NCBI GenBank assembly: GCA_963773065.1
Contig: CAVYZN010000022.1
Coordinates: forward strand, 1 to 64,000
DNA length: 64,000 nucleotides
Source of the DNA: an uncultured Gammaproteobacteria bacterium
GTDB lineage: Bacteria; Pseudomonadota; Gammaproteobacteria; UBA9214
Direction of reading: 5' to 3'
Position 1 is the first letter of the stretch. Every line of letters starts with the position of its first letter. Shown here piece after piece: positions 1-10,292 of this stretch. Under the pieces are notes generated by a model, which did not search any database, was not told the DNA's origin, and was given only the letters and a program-made list of their open reading frames with translations. The position numbers were made by a program, and so were the translations under genes.

Positions 1-1835
1 AACATCCCCGCCATGATCTTCATCAAGGACGCCAGGGAATTGCGCTTCGTGCGCGTCAATGCCATCGGGGAAAAATTGCTGGGCTTGTCGTCCGCGCAAC
101 TCATCGGCAAGAACGACTACGATTTCTTTCCCAAGGCGCAGGCGGACTTTTTCACCGGCAAGGACCGTGAAGTGCTGAAAACGGGAACCGTGCTGTCGAT
201 TCCCGAGGAGGAAATCGATACGCGGCTACAGGGCAAGCGCGTGCTGCAGACCCGCAAGGTTCCCATCCTGGACGACACGGGCCAGCCCGCTTTCCTGCTC
301 GGCATCTCCGATGACATCACCGATATCAAGCAGGCGGAGGCGGCCCTGCAGGAAACCGAGATTCGCCTGCGGACCCTGTTTGACGCCGCCGCCGAATTTA
401 TTTTCGTCGTCGACACGGATGGAATCATCCGGCTGGTCAACCGCCGCGCCGTTCAGCAATCGGGCTACACGGAAGAAGATCTCATGGGAAAACACCTCAA
501 GGAACTCTACACCGAGGAATCCCGGCATAAGCACGAGTGTCATTTTCCCCGCCTCATGGACCGCGGCTATAACCGCGCGGACATCGATTTTGTGTGCAAG
601 GATGGCCGCATCATCCAGATGGAATGTTCGGCCACCGCCATCCCCGACAACGCAGGCAATTTCAGTTCCTTTCTGGTCATTCAGCGCGATGTCACGGAAG
701 AACGCGCCACCGTCGCCGCACTGGCGGACAGCGAACGGCGCTTTCGTGCGATATTCAACTCCACCTTCCAGTTCATCGGCCTGTTGAACCGCGAGGGCAT
801 CGTGCTGGAGGTAAATCAGACGGCGCTGGATTTTGGCGGACTCAGCGCGGCCGAGGTCGTTGGCCGGCCATTCTGGGAGACGCCGTGGTGGTCCACGTCC
901 CCGGAAGAACAGCACCGCCTCAAGAGCGCGATTGAGCAGGCCGCACATGGCAAGCCGGATGGTGCGTTACGAAGTCCGTCGTGCGGGGAAAAAACAACAC
1001 GACGGCAATCGTCGACTTTTCCCTCAAGCCGGTCCTGAACGAACAGGGAGAAACGCTGCTCATCATTCCGGAAGGCAGGGACATCACCGACAGCAAGCGC
1101 GCCCAGGAAGAGTTGCAGCAGCACCAGCAGGAACTGGCCCACATGACGCGGTTGAGCACGCTGGGGGAAATGGCCTCGGGCATCGCCCATGAGATCAACC
1201 AGCCGCTGACGGCAATCGCCAGTTACTGCGAATCGGCGCTGGCGCTACTGAAGCTGCAACCACAACTGCCGGAGAGTCTGGTCGAGATCGTGAAGCGGAC
1301 GACGGAACAGGCGCACCGCGCCGCCGCGATCATCCGTCATTTGCGCGATTTCACCGCCAAACCCAAGGACACCATGGAGGTGCTTGACATCGACGCGCTG
1401 GTGCGCAAATCCATCCGGCTGCTTGATTGGGAATTGCGCAACACCAACACCACGATCGAACTGCGATTGGCGACAGAGGGACGCAGGATGCTGGCGAACA
1501 AGGTGCAGATTGAACAGGTCATCGTAAACCTGGTGAAGAACAGCCTGGATGCGATACGCGAGGCGGGCATCGCCAAAGGGCATGTTACGATACAATCACG
1601 CCTGCTGCCGAATGATGTGGTGGAATTATCCATAGCTGATAATGGGGCAGGCGTCGCCGCGGACATGGTTAAGCGGCTGTTTGTTTCCTTCCACTCCAGT
1701 AAACCGGGCGGGACCGGGCTGGGACTCTCGGTGAGCCGGTCCATCATCGAATCCCACGGCGGTAAACTGTGGTTCGATAAGGAACATCGCAACGGCGCGC
1801 TTTTCCGTTTCACCCTGCCCCTGCACGTTGAGTAG
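1..1835 (+). CDS. Multi-PAS sensor histidine kinase (FixL-like), 5'-partial, frameshift near 960
   Basis: Three PAS/PAC repeats in ORF 13..1038. ORF 981..1835 carries the H-box (GEMASGIAHEINQPL), N-box (NLVKNSLDA) and G-boxes (DNGAG, GTGLGL). Confidence 0.9.
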
Positions 1836-1837
1836 TG

Positions 1838-2467
1838 ATGCCCATGAATGAGCCCGTGATGATATACCTGGTGGATGATGATGCGGCCGTACGTCATTCC
1901 TTGACTACCCTGCTGGCTACCTCGGGTTATGCGGTCAGGGAGTTTGATTCGGCGGAGTCCTTTCTTGCGACAGCCGACCTGACGCACCCCGGCGTGCTGC
2001 TGCTGGACCAGCGCATGAATGGCATGTCGGGGCTGGAATTACAGAATGAACTCAGGATACGCAACATTGACATACCCATCATATTCATCACCGGCCATGG
2101 CGATATCCCGATGTCCGTGATCGCGATGCGTTCCGGCGCGGTAACCGTCATCGAGAAACCCTTCAGCACCGGCCTGCTGATGCAGGGCATCGAAGAGGCG
2201 TTCGCCGTACTGAAAAAAAACAGTCCGATTCGCCAGATGAACCTCAGCCTACGCAGGCGCTTCGATACCCTGTCAGAGCGTGAACATGAAGTCATGAAAT
2301 ACATCGTGCAGGGCATGTCAAACCGGGCGATCGCGGATACGATGGGCCTCAGCTACCGCACCGTCGAGGTACACCGGTCCAATGTAATGAAAAAAATGCA
2401 GGCAAACACCTTGCCGGAACTGGTACTCATGGCGCCCGCGTGCGGATTGGACATATCCGGACGCTAG
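1838..2467 (+). CDS. FixJ/LuxR-family response regulator
   Basis: Receiver domain (LVDDD, LLDQRM, FITGHGD, EKP) plus LuxR HTH (LSEREHEVM...TVEVHRSNVMKKM). Directly follows the kinase. Confidence 0.9.
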   Translation: MPMNEPVMIYLVDDDAAVRHSLTTLLATSGYAVREFDSAESFLATADLTHPGVLLLDQRMNGMSGLELQNELRIRNIDIPIIFITGHGDIPMSVIAMRSGAVTVIEKPFSTGLLMQGIEEAFAVLKKNSPIRQMNLSLRRRFDTLSEREHEVMKYIVQGMSNRAIADTMGLSYRTVEVHRSNVMKKMQANTLPELVLMAPACGLDISGR

Positions 2468-2800
2468 CCGGGTGAAGCGTGACCTGAGTCGCAGATCGCA
2501 CGCACCTGGTGGCGGATAATCATTACCGTGGCGTACGACTTAGACAAGCATGGTTTGTAGTGGTTGATCGGTTGAGTTATGCACGCAAGGGGGTCCGGAT
2601 TCCGCACTACTGTCTGACATTGCACACCTACCCCTGGCACAGTGATGAGGAACCCTCCCCCTTGCGTCATTCCTTCAGCCCGCGTATCAAAACCAGCAGT
2701 ACCCCATCATCCCACACCCTGTCAGGGTCGATCTTTTCATGACACCCCGCGCGGATCGCCCCCCTTCAGGACGCGTTGCCGCCATGATCACATCGCCGGT

Positions 2801-3488
2801 TCACCCGGTTTCCAGAAGGCGTGCGCGCACCGCCGCTATCACCTGCTGAATATACCGGTCGGTCATCTTCACCACCAACCAACCCGGGATGAATCCGCCG
2901 GGATCGCTGTGAACGGCGTAATGCGCTTCGGTGGCCAACCCGCCCTCGAGCGGGCGTAACTCCCAGAAGCCGGAGAATGAACCTCGGCCTTACCCCCGCG
3001 CTGCCTTTGGTGCCGGGAAAGTCCCGGTCGGAGAGGCTCCAGTCAACCCGGAAATAATGCGCCTGCGGTCGGCTGGCCGCGTCGGAACTTTCGATGACAT
3101 AGACACGGTCGGCAACCGGACCGGCAAAGTGCAGGTGATGGAAGACCCACTGCGTCCCACCGGTTTGCAGCAACACCCGGCTCTCAACCACGTTCGGGAT
3201 GAATTCCGCAAATCGTTCATAGTCGGTCACCAGCGCATGCACGCGCGCTGGCGTTGCGTCGAAGCGCGTCACAATCATCGCCTCGGGCAGGGACGAACCG
3301 GCGACGGCGCGATGGTATAGGTGTCCCTGTGGCGTATCGCCGACCGCCTGCCAGGATGCATGACCGGATTCCGTCACAGTGTCGATGAGGCCGCCTGCCG
3401 GCAGTCTGGAACTGGTCAGCAACAGGATGATGAGAGCTGCCAATGGCGAGACCGGCGCCCGCCGTGCAGATCTATTCACCGTATTCAT
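2801..3488 (-). CDS. START/SRPBCC lipid-binding domain protein, frameshift near 2980
   Basis: Hydrophobic N-terminus and DYERFAEFIPNVVESRVL. The shifted frame reads SFSGFWELRP...HSDPGGFIPGWLV...LLETG* (START-type C-terminus, stop at 2801-2803). Confidence 0.75.
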
Positions 3489-3606
3489 GATTCATGAAAC
3501 GATACCCCACCCGCGCAATCCTGGCAGCAGGCTCCAGGATCAGCGTCTATACTCAAGCGTAGCTCATCGCCACTCAGGCTGCCCATGGCATCATCCGGGG
3601 AGAGTC

Positions 3607-4026
3607 ATGCAAACCGTGTACGATCTGCTGTCTGGTCTCGTTAAACCAATCCTGCTGGGTGCGCTGCTGCTGGCGGTGGGACCCGCCGTCACCCGCGGTG
3701 AGGAGCCACCCCAGAAAGTTTCCCTCAGGCTCGGTGATTACCGCTACACGCCGGATACCATCGAGGTCCAGGCCGGCAGGCCGGTGGTTCTGACGCTGAC
3801 CAACACCGATGCGCTCACGCCGCATAATTTTACCTTGAAGGATGCCGCGGCGGGTCTGGCTATCGATACCAATATCAGCGCCGGCACCACGGCCGTCGTT
3901 AATTTCACGCCCGTCAAACCCGGCGCCTATACCTTCTACTGCAACAAGAAACTGCCCTTCATGAGGAGCCATCGTGAACGTGGTATGGAAGGAACCCTGC
4001 GCGTGATCCCACCGGCCGCGGATTAA
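3607..4026 (+). CDS. Secreted cupredoxin-domain protein
   Basis: Signal peptide, YTPDTIEVQAGRPV, PHNF, and PGAYTFYC...SH...GMEG (type-1 Cu ligands H, C, H, M). Confidence 0.85.
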   Translation: MQTVYDLLSGLVKPILLGALLLAVGPAVTRGEEPPQKVSLRLGDYRYTPDTIEVQAGRPVVLTLTNTDALTPHNFTLKDAAAGLAIDTNISAGTTAVVNFTPVKPGAYTFYCNKKLPFMRSHRERGMEGTLRVIPPAAD

Positions 4027-4029
4027 GCG

Positions 4030-5499
4030 ATGCGGGTCCTGCTCGTCTCCGCCAACCGGGAACAGATTCCGGATCCGATCTTTCCGCTCGGTCTGGGCTA
4101 TATCGCCGCCGCCGCGCAGCAGGCCGGGCATGAAGTCGCCGTTGCCGATTTGTGTTTCGGCAGGCATCCCTTGCGGGATCTGCGCCAGCAGATCGGGGCA
4201 TTCCGGCCCGATGTCGTCGGACTGTCGATCCGCAATGTCGACAATGCCGCCTACCCACTCACCGTCGATTACCTCGACCGCCACCGCGAGGTGGTTGCCG
4301 CCATCAGGGCCAGCACCGATGCACCGGTGGTGCTGGGCGGCTCCGGCTTTTCCATCCTGCCCGAGGCCTACATGGAAGCGCTGCGCGGCGACTGGGGCAT
4401 CCGGGGCGAGGGCGAACAGACCTTCGTGGCGCTGCTGGATGCGCTGGATAACGGCCGCGACGCCGTCGGCATACCCGGTCTGCTGCCACGTCGGCAAGAC
4501 AGCGGCAACAGCGTCAGCATCCTCATGCCGCGGGAACCCGGGCCGCATTGGAGCGAGGGACTGCGCCCAAGCCGCCACCTGTTTGATTACAGCCGCTACC
4601 TGCGCCGCGGCGGCACGGGCAACATCCAGACCAAGCGCGGCTGCGTCTTCAAGTGCAACTACTGCACCTATCCCCTGCTCGAAGGCAAGCGGTTCCGGGC
4701 ACGTGCGGCCGACGACGTGGTGGACGAGATCGAGGCCCTGCTGCGTGATTATGGTCCCCATCCGCTGTTTTTCGTCGATTCCATCCTGAACTCCCCCCGC
4801 GGGCATATCGAGGGGATCTGCGAGGAGATCCTGCGGCGTGGACTGGATCTGCGCTGGAGCTGTTATGCCACCCCCGTCAAGCTCGACCGCAACCAGGCAC
4901 GGCTCATGGCGCGCGCCGGTTGCGAGGGACTCGAACTCGGCACCGATTCCGTCGATGACGGGCAGCTCAAACGGCTGGGCAAATCCTTTAATGCGGACAC
5001 GGTGCGCGCGGCCAACCGGCATTGCCTCGAGGCCGGCCTGCGGGTCTGCCATACCGTCATTTTCGGCGCACCGGGTGAAACGGAAAACAGCGTACGCACC
5101 ACCTGCGCCGCCCTGCGCGACATGCAGGCCACCGCGGTGGTCGCCATGACCGGCGTGCGCCTCTACCCCGGCACGCCGCTCGCCGAACGGTTGATCGCGG
5201 AGGGCAGGATCGAGCGTCATGACATCGGCCTCAAGCCGGCCTTTTATGTCGAACCCGCGATCGCCGGTTTCCTGCCGGACTACCTGCAGCAACAGGCCCG
5301 CGCGGTCGGTAACTGGGTTCTGCCGGGCATGGAACCGCCGCTGCTGCCATCCAGTCAGCGCCTGCTGCGCGCCCTGGGCGTCTCCGGTCCCCTGTGGCGG
5401 CTGCTGCGTTTCCGCTGGATGCGCCGGATCAGCCGCGCCAAGTTTCACCGCCCCGCGACCAGTTGGGGCGTACCCAACCAACGGAGGTATCTCTTATGA
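4030..5499 (+). CDS. B12-binding radical SAM protein (lipid-biosynthesis-type family)
   Basis: N-terminal cobalamin-binding domain (VLLVSAN...PLGLGYI...VGLSIRNVDN...LGGSGFS). CxxxCxxC motif in QTKRGCVFKCNYCTYP. Confidence 0.9.
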   Translation: MRVLLVSANREQIPDPIFPLGLGYIAAAAQQAGHEVAVADLCFGRHPLRDLRQQIGAFRPDVVGLSIRNVDNAAYPLTVDYLDRHREVVAAIRASTDAPVVLGGSGFSILPEAYMEALRGDWGIRGEGEQTFVALLDALDNGRDAVGIPGLLPRRQDSGNSVSILMPREPGPHWSEGLRPSRHLFDYSRYLRRGGTGNIQTKRGCVFKCNYCTYPLLEGKRFRARAADDVVDEIEALLRDYGPHPLFFVDSILNSPRGHIEGICEEILRRGLDLRWSCYATPVKLDRNQARLMARAGCEGLELGTDSVDDGQLKRLGKSFNADTVRAANRHCLEAGLRVCHTVIFGAPGETENSVRTTCAALRDMQATAVVAMTGVRLYPGTPLAERLIAEGRIERHDIGLKPAFYVEPAIAGFLPDYLQQQARAVGNWVLPGMEPPLLPSSQRLLRALGVSGPLWRLLRFRWMRRISRAKFHRPATSWGVPNQRRYLL

Positions 5500-6161
5500 A
5501 CAACCCGCAGCATGCAAGCAATGGAGCCCCCTATCGCGAGGCGATGGGACAATTGCTCGTCCTCTACACCCAAGTCGATCGCCTGATCATGCAGGCTTGT
5601 GCCGAACGCATCGCCACGGCGCCGGATGAGCCGGCGAAGCTCGCGCTGGCCAAACAGGTCGGCGATGAATCCCGGCATGTCGCGATTCAACGTGACTGGA
5701 TGAACGCCTTCGGCACGTCGCAGAATCCGGTCATCCCTCCCGCGCAGGAAGCCGCCATCCTGGCGCATTTCCGGCAACTCGACTGGCTGGATTTTCTCGC
5801 CGACATGTACCTGTGCGTCGAGGCGCTGGGCAGTGACGCAGTGGAGAAGGTCGTCCCGCTGGCCGACCCGGGCACCAAAGAGTCTCTGCGCGTCCCCCTG
5901 CAGGATGAACTCGACCACATCGCCTTCGGCGTTGGGCGCCTGCAGCAGGAACTCACGTGCCTGCCGCCGCCGGCGCGCGCGCAATTCCTGGAGCATGCGC
6001 CGGCACGCATCGAGGCGCTGACCCGCGCCTTTCACGGCATGGGCTTCGATGTGAGAAGGCTGTTCGAGGCGGTGGGCGCAGATTACGATGCGCTGTGCGA
6101 TTCGGTACTGCGGCGCAAGGATGAAATACTGAGACAGGTCGCCGAACCCGCGGCGGCCTGA
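5496..6161 (+). CDS. Ferritin-like di-iron carboxylate protein
   Basis: Two D-E-x-x-H motifs (GDESRH, QDELDH) with an intervening VEALG helix. ATGA overlap with the rSAM stop codon. Confidence 0.75.
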   Translation: MNNPQHASNGAPYREAMGQLLVLYTQVDRLIMQACAERIATAPDEPAKLALAKQVGDESRHVAIQRDWMNAFGTSQNPVIPPAQEAAILAHFRQLDWLDFLADMYLCVEALGSDAVEKVVPLADPGTKESLRVPLQDELDHIAFGVGRLQQELTCLPPPARAQFLEHAPARIEALTRAFHGMGFDVRRLFEAVGADYDALCDSVLRRKDEILRQVAEPAAA

Positions 6162-6197
6162 TTCCCGCGCCGGGCAGAGAAATCCTGGCTGGTTACT

Positions 6198-6357
6198 GTT
6201 CATCCATAAGAAATATGGTTCACCGCAAAGACGCACGACTGCAGGGACAATGCACAGGGAGTGCAAGTTCGCAAAGAAGTTCTTTCCGAAAAAACAATTA
6301 AACAACTTTGTGTTCTTTGCGTCTTTGCGGTGAAAAAGGGGGTGTTTATGGATGGAC
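6198..6357. repeat. REP/MITE-like palindrome with an internal 38-bp insertion
   Basis: Perfect 17-bp inverted repeat ttcaccgcaaagacgca (6219-6235 / 6318-6334). Outer inverted repeat catccataa / ttatggatg. Insert at 6236-6273. Confidence 0.75.
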
Positions 6358-6362
6358 ACTCG

Positions 6363-7217
6363 TCACGGCGACTGGCAATCGAGACAGTCCACCTTGACGC
6401 GTATCTGCTGCGTAGTGAGGTCGCGGCCGCTGACCGAGTGACCCATGCCTGAGCGGCTGCCGGCATCGCTGGTATCGATACCGCCGAGCTCGACCCATTC
6501 CCCCAGCCGGGCGCGGACCACGGTCCCCGCGCTCTGGGTGTCGACACCGCCCCCGGCACGGCGGTCGTTATGCTGAAGTATCTCCAGCGAGACGGAATCC
6601 CCACTCAGGCGCGGCACCACGTAGAAGCCGCTGCTGACATCCTGCAGCCGGGTGACGTGGCCCGGATAGGGAATACCGTTGACATAGTAATCCTGCCGTT
6701 GGCGCACCGGGAGCTGCACCCCGCTGCTGATGTAGGCCGGCCGCCCTTCCAGCGCCTGCACCTGCTGGCTGGCGGTTCGCGCTCCTTTGACGTCAGCGTC
6801 GTGTAGGGCGATGCGGGCGCGGCTGTCCCCGACCGGGCGGCCGGGAGAATTGATGCCGATCTGACCCTCGCCGACCTTGATATCGGCGCTGGCGGCATAA
6901 CCGGAGGAACGGCTGACATCCTCGCCCTGGTTGCTGACCGTGATCAGCAGCCGCTTCGGCGGACGGTCGATCTCGGCCAGCACTTTCCTGACTGCCTCAA
7001 CCTGCGCCGGTGGCGCCTTGACGATGAGCTTGTTCCCCATGCCGGTCACCGTCGCATCGCCGCCGACGAGCGAACGCACCACGGGCAGGACCTCGTCCAG
7101 CGTCCTCGCCTTCAGTTCGATGACCTCGATGGGGTAATCGGCACTGGCGAGGCGAGCCGTCGCGAGAGCGCACAGGATGAGAGCCAGGCAGCGGAGTACA
7201 CGCGATTGCATGGTCAA
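6363..7217 (-). CDS. Secretin N-terminal (NolW-like) domain exported protein
   Basis: Signal peptide, IEVIELK...GNKLIVKA...LAEIDRPPKRLLITV, QVQALEGRPAYI, GFYVVPRL, and LGEWVELGG. Confidence 0.75.
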   Translation of the reverse strand: MTMQSRVLRCLALILCALATARLASADYPIEVIELKARTLDEVLPVVRSLVGGDATVTGMGNKLIVKAPPAQVEAVRKVLAEIDRPPKRLLITVSNQGEDVSRSSGYAASADIKVGEGQIGINSPGRPVGDSRARIALHDADVKGARTASQQVQALEGRPAYISSGVQLPVRQRQDYYVNGIPYPGHVTRLQDVSSGFYVVPRLSGDSVSLEILQHNDRRAGGGVDTQSAGTVVRARLGEWVELGGIDTSDAGSRSGMGHSVSGRDLTTQQIRVKVDCLDCQSP

Positions 7218-7374
7218 CGGGACGGATTGGTGGGATTCGATACGCCGGACATGGACGATAGCCTACTGAATAACCGGTCCGACGTACACCATTTACATTT
7301 AGGCCACCTCGATAAATTGAGTTTTCTCATGAGCGCGAAGCGCGGCGCTCTAGGGCAAGTTATAGTTGAACAGC

Positions 7375-8067
7375 TTACACCTTGCCCGCAACCTTTCTCG
7401 CCTCTACGCTCATGCATAACTGCACGTTGTCATCGATCAGCGACGACAGGGTGTCCATGCCGAATTCAGCGCGACTGACCTTCGTGGTCGCCTTGACCAG
7501 GATCCTCTCGCCCTCGTCCGCCGTCTTGTCCACGATATCCGTCAACGTCACGTTGAACGTGACCGGCTTCGTGATGCCGTGCAGGGTGAGATTGCCCCTA
7601 AGCTGGGCCGTGTGGCTGCCGGTCCACTCAAAACCGGTGCTGACAAACAGGATTTCCGGATAATTCTTGACGTCAAAAAAACGCTTGCCCTTGATCATGC
7701 TTTCGATCAGGGCGCCGTCGGTATCCATGCTGTCCGCCTTGATAACTACCAGGGTCTGCACCTGACCGGCGCCTTCCTTGCTCAGAGCCATACCACCCTG
7801 GAAATCCCGGAAGTCACCCTCGACCCGCTTGAACTGGCTGTTCACACAGAAGCCGACCCTTGAGGACGAGGCCTCGATTCGGTAGAGACGGCCGATCTCC
7901 GCCGCCTGGAGCATCGTGGCCAGCACCGACTCATCGACCTTGGCATCCTTGAACGGTGCACACAGGTCACCCTCACCGGCCATGCCGGTCAGTGTGGTGA
8001 AAAGCAGCACCAGCGCCACTCCAAAACACGCCAATCGCCGTCTCGTGCACATAGACAACCTCCACAC
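7375..8067 (-). CDS. YceI-family polyisoprenoid-binding protein with N-terminal extension
   Basis: FFDVKNYPEILFVS, GNLTLHGITKPV and SRAEFGM motifs, plus a signal peptide. Confidence 0.85.
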   Translation of the reverse strand: MWRLSMCTRRRLACFGVALVLLFTTLTGMAGEGDLCAPFKDAKVDESVLATMLQAAEIGRLYRIEASSSRVGFCVNSQFKRVEGDFRDFQGGMALSKEGAGQVQTLVVIKADSMDTDGALIESMIKGKRFFDVKNYPEILFVSTGFEWTGSHTAQLRGNLTLHGITKPVTFNVTLTDIVDKTADEGERILVKATTKVSRAEFGMDTLSSLIDDNVQLCMSVEARKVAGKV

Positions 8068-8496
8068 GATGTATATTAGATGCTAATAATATACTAACTC
8101 GCATATATGTCAAGGAAGCCTATCGGATTTCACCGGAGAAACAATATTTATCATTTATATTCAATTACTTGTGTTATCTTCCGAGGCTGGGTGAAGTCGG
8201 CATATTTACGGTGTTTATGGCTGCGAACCGCAGATTTTACCGCACAGGCCGGCAGGCGCTCGGCGGGGTATCAGGCGCGGCCTTCTGGTCAGAGGGGTTC
8301 CTGCAGGAAACACCACCAAATCGGTGGTGGTGAATGAGACAATCCCGCTGGGTACCGGCAACGCTCCAGCACCGTGGGGATACCGTCACCCTCAATAACG
8401 AGGTAGCCGATCCCGACGGGCATCCGTTCACGCCGCGCAGATCAGCCGTGATCGGCCGACTTCAGCCTGGAAAGGACCCTTCAGGTTACCTTGCCA

Positions 8497-9249
8497 CTAT
8501 CCCTGGTCCGTTCCCGTGCTTTTGCGCGGAACCAGCGGGATGGGTTCGTTAGCGGTGTAAACTGAACGCCTGCCCTGCTGGGGTGAACCCGTTACATCCG
8601 GCGCCCGGTCGACATGATAAAGCACGACGACCAGCCCAATGCTGGCAACGATGAGATACAGGGGACCGAACAACCAGAACACCAGGGGTACGGACAGGTA
8701 ATAGGCGCGCATGCCCAGACTGTAGTACTGCCCGCTGCGGTTCAACAGACGTGCCACGAAGGACGGGGTCGGGCCGAATGCCTTGCCGCTGGAGGCATTG
8801 ATCAGGTAGCCAACATGGTTGTACATGCGTATGGCCAGCGTGAAACAGAAGAAGGCCCAAAAGAAGACCACCAGCAAGGGCAGCAGTTTGAAACCCCATA
8901 TATGGGTAGACATAGACATTGCCGAGTGTTCCGGCTGCACCAGACTGAACATGGAACCGACGCCGTCATTTTTCTGCATCAGGTTGAGCACGCCGATGAT
9001 CAGCAGGATCGCCGTGGATGCCAGAAATGTCGCCGCCATCGTCGAGTTGCGCAAGGTCTGCACCGCGAGAACATCACGGTCGCGCGATGTCATGATGGAC
9101 TCCACCCAGAGCTCGCGCGCCTGCGCATTGATGGCCTGTATCGTATAGGCCGGGTTGTTACGCAGTCGGTAGCGCAGATAGAGTTGATAGCCGCAGATCA
9201 GCCCGAGACTGGTGCCGAAGGCGATGACATTTGCTTCCAGGATGGACAC
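8497..9249 (-). CDS. DUF599-family membrane protein
   Basis: RDVLAVQTLRNSTMAATFLAST and GMRAYYLSVPLVFWLFGP motifs, with several TM helices. Confidence 0.85.
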   Translation of the reverse strand: MSILEANVIAFGTSLGLICGYQLYLRYRLRNNPAYTIQAINAQARELWVESIMTSRDRDVLAVQTLRNSTMAATFLASTAILLIIGVLNLMQKNDGVGSMFSLVQPEHSAMSMSTHIWGFKLLPLLVVFFWAFFCFTLAIRMYNHVGYLINASSGKAFGPTPSFVARLLNRSGQYYSLGMRAYYLSVPLVFWLFGPLYLIVASIGLVVVLYHVDRAPDVTGSPQQGRRSVYTANEPIPLVPRKSTGTDQG

Positions 9250-9296
9250 TTCAATGACTCCGTTGCCTGTGTGTTTACGAATAGATCATCAATGGA

Positions 9297-10103
9297 TCAG
9301 CTAGGCTGGCGGGATGCCGCCTCGGCCCGTCTCTCCCACCATACGGCCTCCTCGGTATCCCGCGCGACGCCCAGCTCGCCAGTCCGATAGACTTCGGCCA
9401 AGGTCCGCATGGCGATCGGGTTGCCGGCACGGGCGGAGCGGCGCAACCAGAACAATGCCTTGGCGGGATCGCGATTCACGCTCCATGCACCGTCGCGGTA
9501 GCGAGTGGCCAATTGAAATTCGGCGACCGGATCACCGGATTGCGCCTGATATTGGAGCGCATCGGACGACTGCGCCCCGGTCGAAATCATCGACAGGATT
9601 TTCCCTATCGCCGAGACGGTAATCAGGGTCGGTGAATCCAGTTGGGTGGCGAGGGTATCCAGTCTGCTGGAGCCCGATGACGGCGCGGTCTCGGTATTGC
9701 CGCCAGGCGCGAACGCCTTGCCTCCCGGCTGGTTGCCGGCAATCAGATCGGCGGCATAGGCCTGGCCGTTTCGGGCGGCTCGCTCCAGCCAGTACTGCCC
9801 CGTCTTGACGTCGGGAGCCAGTCCATAACGACCGTCCCTATAGGCAAGCGCGAGCTGTAACTGCGCACCGGGATCCTCGGCATCGGCAAGCCGGGTGAGC
9901 CAGGCAAGTTCCTGCTCGGCCGATGGCGGCCGGGCGCCGTGCACCAGGAGAGCGAGGAGCAGACCGCCGGCGGCAGTAGCGGCGAGCCAGCGGCCACCGC
10001 CGGCGCGGCGGATGCGCAGGTGACCATAATGGGTAGTGCCGGGCTGCTGATAAAAGGCGGCGCGGAGCGACGGGATTAGTCTGAAAAATTTTGTATGTGG
10101 CAT
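9297..10103 (-). CDS. Sel1-repeat protein with a membrane anchor
   Basis: AQLQLALAYRDGRYG...WLERAA, AEFQLATRYRDG...WLRRSA and AMRTLAEVYRTG...WWERRA repeats. Confidence 0.85.
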   Translation of the reverse strand: MPHTKFFRLIPSLRAAFYQQPGTTHYGHLRIRRAGGGRWLAATAAGGLLLALLVHGARPPSAEQELAWLTRLADAEDPGAQLQLALAYRDGRYGLAPDVKTGQYWLERAARNGQAYAADLIAGNQPGGKAFAPGGNTETAPSSGSSRLDTLATQLDSPTLITVSAIGKILSMISTGAQSSDALQYQAQSGDPVAEFQLATRYRDGAWSVNRDPAKALFWLRRSARAGNPIAMRTLAEVYRTGELGVARDTEEAVWWERRAEAASRQPS

Positions 10104-10151
10104 ATTCGTTGGCGTAATGTAGTGGAATGTTGAGGATGACAGACAGACAAA

Positions 10152-10167
10152 GGCAATTATCAGGCCA
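10152..10167 (-). promoter_or_regulatory. Putative sigma-54 (-24/-12) promoter for the Sel1/DUF599 genes
   Basis: Minus strand reads TGGCCTGATAATTGCC, with GG-N10-GC spacing and TTGC. It lies about 50 bp upstream of the Sel1 ATG, next to a sigma-54 activator operon. Confidence 0.65.
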
Positions 10168-10292
10168 GCCCGCGATCACGTGCAGTTGCATGCCAATGAT
10201 TCAAGCAGTTAGTACATCCTCATACGACGAAACGCGGGGCCATTGCGGGACGCCGAGCTACGGATAGTGTTGGAAGCCACGGGAATTGTAGG

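Noticed and set aside
3574-5481. Long antisense ORFs (635 aa here; also 37647..39296, 44999..46720, 48077..49951, 61074..62324)
   Set aside because: They are shadow ORFs of real GC-rich genes on the opposite strand and show no motifs of their own.
10180-10197. Alternative sigma-54 sites (TGGCATGCAACTGC on the minus strand here, and cGGcaatgatttGC near 13625)
   Set aside because: The GG-to-GC spacing is 9 nt rather than the required 10.
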